Assembly (NCBI GenBank): GCA_951406725.2
Contig: OX597815.1
Span: forward strand, 1,178,001 to 1,242,000
Direction: 5' to 3'
DNA from: Octopus vulgaris
Lineage: Eukaryota
DNA: 64,000 nt
Part shown: piece by piece, positions 40,511 to 54,495 of the stretch
Layout of the letters: each line of letters opens with the position of its first letter
Position numbering within the stretch: position 1 is the first letter of the stretch
Position numbers and translations under genes: made by a program
Notes under the pieces: model-generated
Told to the model about the DNA's origin: nothing
What the model saw: only the letters and a program-made list of their open reading frames with translations
Database searches by the model: none

Positions 40511-40975
40511 AACGTACTTCATCAATATGCATGTAATCACCTGCACACTCGTACGCACACACACACACACACACATGCATATAAATATGTACACGCGCGC
40601 ATGCTCGCATCCCCCCCTGCCTACTGTACCAACGTTGCTATTCTGCTATTCTCTCCTCCCCTATGTATCACTGGTCACTTCCCTACACTTTTCATTCACT
40701 CCTCAAACTTATCTAATCTCTGCAGTTGTCCCCTACTCTCCCCTGTCTATGTATGTATTTGTATAAGATGTATTAATGTGTCATTGTGTCTGTGTTTGTC
40801 CCCCCACCCCACCACTGCTTGACAACTGGTGTGGGTGTCTACGTCCCCATAACTTAGCGGTTCGGCAAAGCAGACCGATAGAATAAGAACCAGGCTTTAA
40901 AATGATAAGTTCTGGGGCTGATTCGTTCGACAAAAAATTCCTTCAAGGCGGTGCCCCAGCATGGCCGCAGTCTAT

Positions 40976-41700
40976 GTCGTCCAACAACATCAGAGATGTT
41001 GGAGTAATTGTTGATAACAATCTAAGCTGGAGTTCCCACTTGGCTCGCAAGATGTGCTCCTGGATTCTGAGAACTCTCCGGTCCAGAGATGCCCACACCA
41101 TCATCTTTCTCTATTCTACTTTTGCCCGACCCCACCTTGAATACTGTTGTCCACTCTGGTCTTCCAACACGAAGCAACTCATCATGAAAGTGGAAGCATT
41201 CCAGAGGTCAATAACAAGAAAGAGAAATGGCATGACAGATATTGACTAAAAGAAATTTTAAAAACTCAGTCTCTGTAACGCCGCCGGGAACGCTACATCA
41301 TTTGTGTGATGTGGAAAATATTCCATCAATATTGCACAAATGATGTTGGCATCAGTTTTAAAATCCATCCAAGACTTGACCTCCCCCGTGCTATCCGCCC
41401 ACTAATAAAATCGAACTCAGGACACATAGCAATATTACGTCACAATTCCTTTACCTCAACCGGTCCAGGTCTCTTACCAAACGGGAACGGATCCCATAAA
41501 ATTCTAAAGTTCACTGCACAAATTTCTTCAAAAAATCTCGGACCAACCCCCTACACCCGGATATATCGCCAATAATAAATCTTTGCTAGAGTGGGCCACG
41601 GTGCCTCATATATAACTAAAAGACTTCACCAGGTGGTGCTATTAAGTTAGACATGGCCGCCTGGGCCTATACTGGCCGAAACATATCGAAGTTGTTCTAA
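40976..41700 (+). mobile_element. Degenerate CR1-type LINE 3' portion inserted in a SINE A tail
   Basis: IRDVGVIVDNNLSWSSH...LYSTFARPHLEYCCPLWS...KVEAFQRSITRK. Confidence 0.9.
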
Positions 41701-42306
41701 GTAAAAGATAAAGATATATCGCCAAAGAAGTATGTGTGTGTGCGTGTACCCAATGTCTGCGATACACAGTGTAGACAGAAGAAGCCTCGACTGCTACGAA
41801 ATGTGGAAGTGTGGAAGTAGTTCTAGGTCAGTAATATGTGAATTAAGTCTGAGAGGACTAAAAATATAACAGGCAACAGCAACAACAACAACATCGACAA
41901 CATCGACAGGGCATGTTTTCTTTAGTTCACGAAAGTTTATTCAAGATATCATTATTCTGTTTAGTAAACTAGATTTTGGTTTTTATCTGAAACAGAATTA
42001 ATAAGGAAGAGGAGGAGGAGGAGGAGGAGGAGAAAAACTGAACGAAAGTATAAAAGGCGACATCGGTTGTTTGGACAGGATGGGAGAATATGGTGGTGGT
42101 GGGGTGCCAGTGTGATGTGGAGGGAAAGAGAGAGAGAGAAGGAGAAAGATAAGGAGAAGGATAGAGACGAAGAAATGGAATGAGAGGAGAAACAGAGAGG
42201 AAGAGAAAGATGAGTGGAAGAGAGAGAAAGAGAGAGAGAGAGAAGTAGCTGTCATAATACGAGCAAGGGTCACTGAAAGACATTTACGAGGGAACAGAAG
42301 AGTATG

Positions 42307-42339
<33 letters not shown>

Positions 42340-43199
42340 TATACATACTCATAGACACACACACACACACACACACATATATGTATATAGACACACGTAC
42401 ACACATGTAGACACGCACACACACACACACACACACCTCCGTCCCCCCCCCACACTTGTTCTCGAAGCGTTGTGGGAAGTTATTAACATGAATTTCATGG
42501 TCGTCACGTTACAAGGTTAGCAGAGAAAATGGGCGGAATTAAAAAAGACAAAAAAAAAAAAAGCCTGGCATTGAAGGCAGAGAGAGAGTTGAGGGTGAAA
42601 GATGGAGTGAAAGAGGAATGGTGGAGGGCGCTTCTAAGTTTTGGCGGTCTCATCTCTGCGAGTGTTTCCACAATCTAACGGTCGGTTTACAACCGAGAAT
42701 TGTTTTCATTGGTTTAATTCATATTCACGATGAAATGATGGAATTAACAGACCAAAAGTGGTGCAAATTATGGATTACCATAACTGAAATAAATTGAGAA
42801 ATATTCTCAGAGTGTACTTTTAGGAATTAAAATAAAAACCCTTAAAACTTTCCCCGGCCAACTTTATTTCTGCTATATTTCTTTTTACATCCAGCTTTTA
42901 TAGATTATATTGTAATTGTTGTTGTTGTTGTTGTTGTTGTTCGTCCACAACTCCCAACCCCCACCTCTTGTGGAATAAACGATTTGAGACTTAGAGCCAA
43001 ACAAAGAATTTGCGCCATATTCTTATGGACATTCCTTTACATGATTACAGAAGTAGAAAAGGCTAAAAAAACAGGCAAAACTCATTTGATAATAATGTCT
43101 ACTAGACCGATGTTGCGTGTAATCAGCTCATGTTTTGAAACTGATTAAGTATAAAGAAGCGAAAACTTCCGGAGTTATTTCAGAGTTGTTGCTCTGATG

Positions 43200-43600
43200 G
43201 CACTTGGAGCTAATAGCGTGAAAGAGACTCCATAGATCGCAGTGTGTTAGCTGCTCTACTAAGCACGTCAGTCCGAACGGCAAGTCGGGTCATATGCAAG
43301 CGATCCTTTTCGTCTCCTTCTCTCCGAACAACTCGGACGGGACGGTACCGAGGCAGTGCCCCAGAATGGTAATTCCGCCGGTGACGCCGCCCGCCGTGCG
43401 GACGTAGCCACCTAGCGGCGCACACCGAGCAAAGGCATGCGCCTTGAGGTTGAGACGCCTTCAGAAAACAACTCGGCTCCGGCTACTGTTCCGTCTTAGA
43501 AGCGTTCAGCTGCCATCGCTCAAAGGCAGTCTTGGCACCATCGCTCTATGCGTAAACTGTTGCCCTGATCCTGCGATTCTTCTCGTACTGGACAGGAATG
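43200..43600 (-). mobile_element. Degenerate non-LTR RT fragment, probably CRE-like
   Basis: GC-rich; broken frames give ATVYA*xD, QLNASKTE and GITILGHCLG in RT order. Confidence 0.4.
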
Positions 43601-43607
43601 CTGTTGC

Positions 43608-43872
43608 GGAGGTGCGTGGCTTGGTGGTTAAGATATTCGGCTCGCGATTGTACAGCCGTCAGTTCGATTCCCAGCGAGTAAAATGGGTTGCATCTATATT
43701 TCAAAGGGTTGACTTTGTCCCATTCTGTGTCACGCTGAATCTTCCTGAGAGCTACTTTAAAGGTGTGCGTGTCTGTGGAGTGCTCAACCACTTGCACGTT
43801 AATTTCACAAGCAGGCTGCTGTTTCGTTGATCGGGTCAACTGGAACGCTCGTCGTCGTAACCGACGGAGGAC
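43608..43872 (+). mobile_element. SINE family C
   Basis: GGAGGTGCGTGGCTTGGTGGTTAAG...GTTCGATTCCC head; CTCGTCGTCGTAACCGACGG tail. Confidence 0.8.
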
Positions 43873-44058
43873 CATTTACGTGGAGCCGATGATAGTCAAG
43901 CAGCCAGAAATGCATTCCCTACTTCAAATAACTTGTAACACATATTGCCTAAAAGGTTCTCCGCGGTAAATCAGCAATGAATACGGGTTTTGTATGCCCC
44001 AAACATATTTGGATATTTGTTTACCCCAAACAACAGTTTATTTTAAGAAATGTGGCGG

Positions 44059-44123
<65 letters not shown>

Positions 44124-44864
44124 AGAAGATCGGATGAAACTTGTTGTGTCTTTTTGGTTTGCTCTCTCGGTTCAAATCTGGCTGAGGTCAACTTTGCCTT
44201 CTGCACTTTCCAGGGAAGATAAACAAAAATACTAATCGGGGGGGGGGGGGGATTGTTGGATTTACATAATTGTTAAAGCATAAGGAGGAGGTGGATTAGG
44301 GTATCGGGCTCGATCCCTTGCCCTCTGAATCCAAATTCTTCCAACCGTTGCAAATTCAGTTGATGAACAGAGATAATCACGGGACCACCACTGATTATGA
44401 ACACCGCGATGGGTGGAGGCAGATTTTATCCGTCTTCTACAGACTTTTTGATGATGATGATGATGATGATCACGACGCTGACGATGACGATGGTGAGGAC
44501 GACGACGACGACGACGATGATGATGATGATGCTGATTGTTAGGAGATAAGATTTCTGACCAGAATATATTATTTACTTGAAGCTGTTATCTTGAAAATGT
44601 CAACTGAATATTTGATTTTATCATCTCTGGCAGCTTCCATTCCTGACCATTTTTACAGAAGTTGTGAAAGAAAAGAAAGGAAATAGAATGGGAGGGGGGG
44701 AGGAATAAACCTTAAAGAAATAAGCATAAATAGACAGAGAAAACAATACGGTCGGCAAAAATATGGCGAACTGTAATATATAATTGGCTCTTTTCGTCCG
44801 TGCAGACGGTCAGTTTAGCAGAGGTCACTTAATCGAACATATATTATAGATTATATAATAAAGA

Positions 44865-45317
44865 CTAGCTATTTTGACCCCTGCTTCGCTCGGGTTTTGG
44901 TGGTGGTGTTGTTTTGCGCGTGTTGTCCCTTTTTCCATTTCTTCTTTTGTTCGTCTTCTTTGCCTGGTTCTTTTTATTGCCCTCTTCTTTACACCCCCCT
45001 TTCCAAAATCCCAAAAATTTTTACACCCACAATTAAAGATAACCGCCTCTAGCCCCTGCAGCAACACGAAAATCCGCCATTATTCAAACAGCGCAACCTG
45101 TCTATCCCATAAAACTCAATTTTTCCATATTCCTCACCATGGCAACCAAACGGCAGCCCCGAGCGACTTGCAACCCTCCTCACACCACTGCCCACCCCAT
45201 TTTACCCCCAGTGTAAATTTTGGCGCCAATACGACCTCATCTAAACCGTTCCCATCCCAAAATGAGACACATAACCAAGAAATCAAACAACTTTTTCGCA
45301 TTTCAGCTTTATAGAGA
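44865..45317 (-). mobile_element. Non-autonomous Helitron, second family
   Basis: Minus: A|TCTCTATAAAGCTG ... CCCGAGCGAAGCAGGGG-TCAAAATAGCTAG|T. Confidence 0.75.
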
Positions 45318-45510
45318 TTGATCAATGGGCAGAGGTTTGATGTAGACTTACCAATGGAGACAAAGGTTAAAAAAAGATATAGATTTTCTCTGACTAAATC
45401 CTACAACCAGCACCATTCGACGTTTGTGTGTATATGAACACGTAAATGATACACACACACATCGGTTGTGAGTGTGTGTGTGTGTGTGTGTTGATGGATA
45501 GATAGATAGG

Positions 45511-45587
<77 letters not shown>

Positions 45588-46181
45588 GAAGTAAATCGTC
45601 TCCTGGATTCTTAGTCTGGAATCGAAACCTTGATCCAGATTTTCCTTCAAGCTCCTTTCCACGGTTCTTGGCATTAGGACTTAGAAATTTATGAGAGTTA
45701 ACTGTCAGACTTATTCCTTAACTTAACATTCTTAGGTTATTTTCAGTTCAAAAGAGGCAAACTTATTCACTCTCCATTGTTCTTCGACCTAGATCCAGCT
45801 TTGCATCATGTGCAAATTCGAACCCCCTCAAAATATTTTAGGGCAGCTAATTTCCGCTCTTTTTGGACTCAGTACTTCTTTCTCTCTCTAGCACACCAGG
45901 CTCTTCCTAACACCTCCCTACAAACTACACAAATACTATCTAAAGTGCGCCATCTTTGTCGTTAATTTTCCCCTACCACAGTAAAACAGCAAACTGCTCA
46001 GCTTGTGTATACTCTTCCTTGCGAAGAATTCGCGGAAAATTTAATCTGTAGAAAATAACATTTTCATTCTGTTCATTTATCATGGCATATATTTGTCACA
46101 CACGCACGCATGCACGCGTGTATATATGTATTTACAGACGTAGTAGCAGAATGTATGTATGTATGTATGTATGTATGTTAT

Positions 46182-46735
46182 GTCAGGTCACTTTCGAGTG
46201 CTACTGGTAACATGTAACCCAGTACTACCTGTTGCATGGTCGGGTCGTCGGCGACTAAACCGGCAACCCCACCAAGCTCGCTTGGTGAGGAGGGTGTTTA
46301 TTGGACACCCTGCGGGATGAAGAACAAAACCCGTCAAAGGGCGGAGAAACTCTTGAGAGTCAACGGCCATCCAATAAATGTCTTAAGGCTGTATCATGCG
46401 CAGGGACATAGAAATAATCGGACTGAATACCCGATCGTGCGGTTAAACCATTGGGAGTGAAGGACTCCCAGCCTTTGTTAGGGCATCCTTCTAGGAGAAG
46501 GTAACTCAGGTAACTGGGATAACTCCGACATAAAGCCTGAGGCTCAGTGGTTACCGATGATGTTGACTTGTTCTTCTTTTCGGATTATGGCTGCTGTTGC
46601 TTAGTGAGTGGGATTGACTCAGTGCACAGCCTTTCCTCACTTAAAAAATATCTTCTTGCACAGGCATTGCACGATAACAACATTGATTAAGCTTCGTGCA
46701 ATGGCCATACTCGATAACGAGGGGGCAGCCACCAT
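46182..46735 (+). mobile_element. Non-autonomous RTE-derived element (5' UTR joined to 3' end) between (TATG)n tracts
   Basis: GGGCATCCTTCTAGGAGAAGGTAACTC resembles RTE 5' UTRs; multiple hairpins; 3' stem-loop CATTGCACGA/TCGTGCAATG; no ORF. Confidence 0.55.
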
Positions 46736-46786
46736 GTTTGTATGTATGTATGTATGTATGTATGTATGTATGTATGTATGTATGTA

Positions 46787-46823
<37 letters not shown>

Positions 46824-46908
46824 GTGTGTGTATGTATGTATGTATGTATGTAGTTTTTCGAAATTAAAACTCAAGTTTAGAGTCTGTCATTTCTCAAACC
46901 AAGTTTCG

Positions 46909-47072
46909 AGTCGCCGCGATCTTCAAGCGAAGCGTGTCACCCGATGATAACGCTGGTTTGAAAGTTGAGTCGCGAGACAAACTCTTAGTTTAGCTTTAAA
47001 TATTTTTTTTTAAAACTATATCCTCTACAACATTACTCACTACTTTCCCATTCGTCACATTAAACAACGTAC

Positions 47073-47111
<39 letters not shown>

Positions 47112-47358
47112 CCTGCTCGCTTAGCCAGCGGGGTGGCGTCTTTTGAAGGCTAAAACAATGCGAAGCACATTGTGACCAGCGATGTGTAGCAACATATCTG
47201 ATAGCCTGGTCGGTCACGGTGATCACGGTGATATAAATATATATATAGTTAAAATTTTCTTTTTAATTTAAAGCTAAACTAAGAGTTTGTCTCGCGACTC
47301 GACTTTCAAACCAGCGTTATCATCGGGTGACACGCTTCGCTTGATGTTCGCAGCGACT
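46909..47358. repeat. Inverted repeat, ~92 bp arms (46909-47000 / 47267-47358)
   Basis: About 4 mismatches between arms by eye. Confidence 0.9.
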
Positions 47359-47366
47359 ATATATAT

Positions 47367-47435
<69 letters not shown>

Positions 47436-48078
47436 TTTATAGTTTTAAAGACTTTGATTTCGAAGTTTCGGTCTGCTCGCATTCGTCGGTCACCCCACAC
47501 TCTTCCTAACAAACCCTCATCTAAATCACCCCCACACCCACATACCCTGTATTTCTCTAGAAAACCCTGCTTTTTTCTCACCCCCACTCCATATATAGAG
47601 ACTAAATAATTCTCCTAAACCAACTTCTAGAAAGTCATTCTACAGGAATCCCCCCTCCCCCCACCTACAGATTTCCGCAGTTTAAAATGAAACACCATTG
47701 ACCATCAGAGTTAAGTTCATATTAACATGTTTTGTTAGTGTCTGTAGGGGGTTAATTAATACTAATTATGGCGAAGCGGACAGGCCGCTTGGTAAACAGC
47801 AGCAGAGACAGGTTAATGTTAATATTGTTGTGTAGAAAGCAATGAAATAATTAACTTGAAATAATTATAAATCAGGAGACACTTTAGTAAGATAGATAAG
47901 TTAATAATTAGCATATTTCAAATGAAAGATGATTAAATCGTTAATTAAAAATAATTTATACTGTGGGAAAAAACTCCAGACATTAGTCAAACATGGTAAT
48001 AATGTTGGGGAGTTCGTGATGTGATTAGGGAGGCTGATTAAAATGCTTTGCATTATTGGTTGAGGAGACTTTTTAGTG

Positions 48079-48136
48079 CGGTGGGCAAAAGTTTCCAAAG
48101 AGAAAGGTCCGCGGGAGGATCACAAGTTCTGACTCT

Positions 48137-48194
<58 letters not shown>

Positions 48195-51162
48195 TATATA
48201 ATTCGATGTACATTAATAAGGATAAGTTTAACATTAATTAACGCGTAACATCTTCATTAATGCCGCCACTGAATTTAGGACGTTTATATTACTTCTGAGG
48301 TATTCTATATTTTTCAAAATGTACCTATCCTAATGTTGGAGAAATTATAACAGTCAAGCCCAAATCGAATTTAATTTTGAATACATTAATACCTAAATAG
48401 TATTATGTGTAAATGACATATTTGAACAAATTTATCCTGGTGATAATTTTACCAAAACTTAATCAACCTTAACTTTAAAATTTGGCTTTGTTTAGTGAGA
48501 AGGATGAAACTACTCTTGAAAAAAAATTTTTTTTGAAAGTTTAGGAACATCACGTCTTTGAAGAAACTGCCATTCTTAGTTCATTACTCAGGTTTTCGTT
48601 AGTAAGTTTGGTACGAAGACGATTTTTTGGCATAATTCAATTTGGAAAAAAACTGCTCACAAGTTGTCGAAAATTGAGTTACGAATTTCAAGGCATTTTT
48701 ATGTAAAGCAGGGAATTTCTTAGGATTGATGCGTTTGTAGAAGCCCAATAAAGACAGATTACTCTATTTCGATTTTATTAAGTTCTCTGACTGCACAAAT
48801 CAATTCTAATTGTAAGGAATCCGGATCCTCCTCATGTCGCATATCAAAAGCTGTTTCAAAAACACGTTATTCGATTTTGCTGTCTTGTATTTCTTCAAAT
48901 TTCCTCAAAAGACTTTCACACTCATCACATTTTGTTCGCTCAAGTTCGGAAAATGTGTGAAGCACTTTCTCTTCAATTGTGTGACAAATAATTGGAGTAT
49001 CGATTCAAAACTTTTGATATGAGGAAGCAAACTGGTTATTAACGGAACCTTGTAGTTTCAAGTTCAAATTATTTAAATCACTAGTTCTATCTACTAAAAA
49101 TACTAAATAACTTTGAAACTTTTTATCTTCCAGTTCTATAATAGGAACACCTTTAATATCCATAAAAATTTTCGCTTCTTCCTTCAGTTCTTAAAATCGT
49201 TTAAGCATTTGGGCCTTACTTAACCACTTAGTTTCCCAATGGTGCAATAAATTCCCATATGTGACTTCAAGATCTTTTAAAAATCCTTTAAATTCCCTAT
49301 TATTCAACCCTTTGCTATTTATCAAATAAACGTCCTTAGTTCCAACTTTCATTACATTGCCCATCTCGAGAGATTTTGCACATAAACTTTCCCCGTGAAT
49401 AAAGTAGTGACACAAAGTTTCCGGATCCAAAAGACGCTTCTTAAATTCATTCTTAATCAGAGCTACGAACCCTTTTTCACGACCTGTCATAGATGGAGCG
49501 CCATCTGTAGCAAGACCACTCAATTTTTCAAATGGTAAATCAAAATATTTCAAGGCTTTGTTGACTATTTGAAATAAATCTCCACCTCTAGTCGTTCCAT
49601 TCATTGATTTCAAGGCAAGAAATTCTTCCCGAATGTTGAATTTTATAAACATTGCCATCTGAGCAGTATCAGACAGATCAGTTGTCTCATCAATGGCTAA
49701 TGAATACAACACGAATTCTGCTGAATCAGATTTTAGAGAATTTTGTATGTCATTAGCAATATCTTTAATACGACCAGAAAGCAGTTCTTCTTGATAAGCT
49801 AATATTTCCAATCAAAGTAAGTTTTTCTGGGCATATATTCTCAACAGCAGTAAGGAAACATTCTTTCAAGAATTCACCATTGCTATGTGGTTTCAGTTTT
49901 TTAACAATATTTTCCTATACTCCATAACTATCTCGAGTAACTGATTCACTTTCAAGAATTGGCTTTTTTTTAAAAAAAAGCTTGTCTTTTAGTCAGATTT
50001 TCTGTCACGGAGGCCATCTTGTCAAAACGTCCAGATTCTTTCAAATTTCCACAGGTTTTATGCTTCCTCACAAAATGCCTCTCAATATTGTATTTTTTAT
50101 GAACGGTTACTTGTTCGTTGCAAATAAGTCAAATGCACTTGTTACCTCTTCCAAAAGAAGAGTCCATTTTTCAGCAAACAAAGCACGTTCACCAGAACTT
50201 CATTTTATAGGGTTTTTATAACCGCTTGCCACATTGATAAGGGTATTGAAAAACTGATTTCACAAAGTTATAAACCGGTTAAATTTATATTATCACTTTG
50301 GGAATTTTTGTTATTTCCGTTGCCTGGGAAAAACAAAAGCCAACTGGTTCGTAGTCCTAATACATGCATCTAATGCTGTAAAAATAGCGAAAAATGAAAA
50401 TCTGCTAAAAATTAAGATATTGTTTGGTTCTGCAAGGTTTAACTTCATTTTTCTCTCTCCTTTGTCCACACAGATGTTGACAAGCGAGTGAATAGGGAAG
50501 GGCGATAACTGATAAACCGATGGCAGATGAAAGTAACTCCTATTGACCTTCTTGATACCGACTGATAACAAAAACGCGACACCTCTTCCGAAAAACGTTA
50601 TTTTTCACTGCTTTTTCAGAAAAAAAGTAATATCTTTTTATAATCCTGTTCACAAAGCATCGAATTAATAGTTTCTGTTTCGATGAAGCTTTACCCATTT
50701 GTTTTTGATTTTTAATAGATTTTAAAATATATATTTTGCTTATCGATCGATAGAAAGAGGGTGGGTATCAATTTCGGAGATTTTTTCGTAAAGACGTGAA
50801 AAATGAAATAGGGAGGAAAATGTAAATATTGGGGTCCTTGAATATGAATAATTTTTACCCTGTATATTCTACAAGCCTTCAGCTTTCGTTTCATATAAAC
50901 ATTATTTCGATACATACAATATATTTTTAGTTTTCTCAGGTTTTAATAGTGTAAACAAAATTTCCATTCAAATGGCAATTACCGGAGGATTTCTGTCTAA
51001 GTTTGACCGTTTTAAACCGTAGTGGAAACCTAGCCTATGTCGCAAATAGGTAAACGAGGATTGTATAAATTCTATAACTGAAAAATTTACTTTGTACACA
51101 CGGGTATACCAGCCAGCGGGCGCAATAAAATGGGATCGTGGACGGAGGTTTTCCCACCCCTG
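48079..51162 (-). mobile_element. Degenerate hAT transposon (SPIN/GTF2IRD2/Charlie-like)
   Basis: ORF remnant 49191-49811 with SLAIDETTD, ATDGAPSM, HxFIH, WLS; zinc-finger remnant ICNEQVTVHKKYNIERHF near 50070-50130; TIR CAGGGGTGGGAAAAC ending 51162, degenerate left TIR CGGTGGGCAAAAG; flanks TTTTAGTG/GCTTAGAG. Confidence 0.85.
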
Positions 51163-51343
51163 GCTTAGAGTCTGAAATGCACCAATATCAGTTGTCCTTT
51201 GGGGCCAATAAACGAAGAACAAGTTTAGTTCCACGATCGATCATTCTTCATTCTCTCTGAAGGAAATCGTCTGTAGGATCAGGTTCCATCAAAATTTAGA
51301 CGCCCGAGAAATGCCATGTCCCGACAGCACCACTTCCATGAAG

Positions 51344-51630
51344 TGTAGCAGTGATCCGAAACCTAACTGCTAGATAACCGGTCAGACACCGCGATCGTAC
51401 CACCATAGTTTCATGTGATCGGTCTATTAATTGACTAACCAGCGTCAGGCTGTGGCGGGATATGGTTTTCTCGAATGAGCCTATCGTCTCCTATAAAAGA
51501 CCGTTTTGCAGCTCGATTAATCGCAGTGCTGAAGGCGGCTGAGTGACATGCGTCTCCACTCTTGCCATGGGCATTGACGCAGACACCCCCAGGATGTCGG
51601 ACGGACCCATTCTGAACATTCACTCAATGT
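51344..51630 (+). mobile_element. Partial solo LTR-like repeat
   Basis: Starts TGTAGC...CGAAACC, has TATAAAAG; homologous to 24454-24575, 55537-56053 and 57700-57860. Confidence 0.55.
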
Positions 51631-51660
51631 CCCTTAAGTAACATATACGGACGCAATGAA

Positions 51661-52436
<776 letters not shown>

Positions 52437-53801
52437 TTATTTCTCTGTCTGTCTGTCCACTTCGTTTTTTAATCTTCCTCTATTAAATATGTTAACACTA
52501 ACTTAATTATTGTTGTTTTTTAATGTGAATGGCATCTGTGAGTAATTAACTCCAGTAATTAACTACAGAAATTAACTATAATAACCCTATTTACTTTATC
52601 CCAATATCTCTCAGAGGCATTGGTGGCTGCCATACCCAGATGTTTACTAATCTGATGGTGAGAGGAAGAGGATAGCCAGAGTTAGAGGAGGAGGAGAAAT
52701 TGGGGTTTGAGAATGAAATGTTGTGGCTATAGCAATTGTTATCAACGGTGTCGTCGTCATTGTCGTTGTTGTTCAGCCCTAGGTCAACTATGATCCCGGA
52801 GACCTAAGGTCAAAAGTATTCCAGCCATGACAATCTAGACTTTTCCAGACACAGTGTATTTCAGACCCCAGCAGTGAATGTACTTTGGTTTTCAAGTTGT
52901 TAAGATGTATTTCGAGGGCGGATTTAGCTGCTATTTCTTGCGGGTTAAGTAACTTTGTAGAGATGTCCTCGTTGGTTGGAAGATTCATTCTATTTGTCTC
53001 ATGAAGGGGATCCGCAAGAGCAGAGCCTCACGAGTCTGTTTAGAGACCATAAAGGACCCCAAACAAAGCTGAAGGGAGACCCGCGACTCAGACCGCTTTT
53101 AGCTCTACACATTGATACTCACCAACATACTACAATCCACAAATACACGGGAGATAACTCCAGCCATGTTTCAACATATTAGACCTCGTTAGCGTTGTAT
53201 GCTCTTCACCGCCCAGACTGAAGAAGGAATGGTGAAAGAAGCACAAAGATATCGTGTATTACATAAAATAGAATATAAAACTCTACAATATGTTTAGGCA
53301 ATGAACTACTCACAGCCATCGATGTTCACTGTTAAATAATAGCGCGGTCCCCACACACGCACATTATTCATTTCGGAGCCCTGTTCGTTAACCAAAGTGT
53401 TCGTTACACGAGTAATTGAAATACATATAAATATGAGTCATTCGTTCCAAGCCACACTTAAACTCCGTAAAAAAGACACGAAATGAAACTTTATTTGTCC
53501 AGTCATCAAAAGCAAATACATAAATACATAAATGTAGAAGCGAGCGTGTGTGTGTGTGTGTGTGTGTGTGCGCTTGTGTTTTTCCCTTTGTCTTGCTTCT
53601 GTCGATCCATGGTTATGGTTTTAGCAAAAAATATTTTGTTTATAAAATATGAAAATCTACAAGTTATGTAACATTCGTACAGGGATGTAAACGGACAGCT
53701 TCCACACGCTCCGCCAGCCACTTCTATGCGCGCGTAGTCACTTCGTGGTTTGTTGTTCAAATTTAAGTTCATTGGCTAAATATAATTTTCTTCGGAAAAA
53801 C

Positions 53802-54000
53802 TACCGTAAATCCTCGAGTATAATCCGCATTCCCCCCTCCAAAAAAAAATTTAAAGGTCAAAATCCCTAGTGCGCATTATATACGAGGTTAAAAATGAAA
53901 ATGATTTTCTAAGCAATGTCCGAGTCTCTATTGCTGTCCGGCAATGTTTATTCAGACGCATTTTGTGATGTCGAACTCGAAAATACCTGAAGCTAAGCCT
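53802..54000. mobile_element. pogo/Tigger-like transposon end
   Basis: TA|CCGTAAATCCTCGAGTATAATCCGCA...TGCGCATTATATACGAGG subterminal inverted motif. Confidence 0.5.
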
Positions 54001-54460
54001 GAAAGCAATGAAGTCATAAAAGAATCATCCACTAATTATTTGCTTCTAAAAAGGCATGGTTTTCATTTATATTCTTTCATAATATAGATTTACTTGGCCG
54101 GGTCGATGCACCCAGATCTATTTCCAAGTATCAAAGGAATAAATGAGATTGTATGACGTTGCAGTTTTATCGATCTTCTCCAATCTATGTCAATGTCGGC
54201 CATATGGTGCCACTGCGTGATGTCATTTAGCCTCGAACCCAATTTCCTTCAAACGTATTTACGTCTTTTCTTGTTTAAAAAACTTGTTTTTCTTTTCACT
54301 GAACGCTTTTCATTTTACGTGGAACATCGTATAAAGACTCGCAAGACAAACCAAATCTTTAAATGTATGACATATATGCAATTGTCGCAAGATATGTGTA
54401 GGTAGGCAAAAGTTTTGTCTCATACAATATTTCTGATTGATTAATGCTTTACTGCTTGCG

Positions 54461-54495
<35 letters not shown>

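Noticed and set aside
47107-47232. HDV-like ribozyme suggested by minus-strand GCC-ACCCCGCT-GGC
   Set aside because: Could not identify consistent P1, P2 and P4 pairings
49191-49811. Functional GTF2IRD2-like host gene
   Set aside because: Frameshifts and stops on both sides plus TIR remnants indicate a dead transposon
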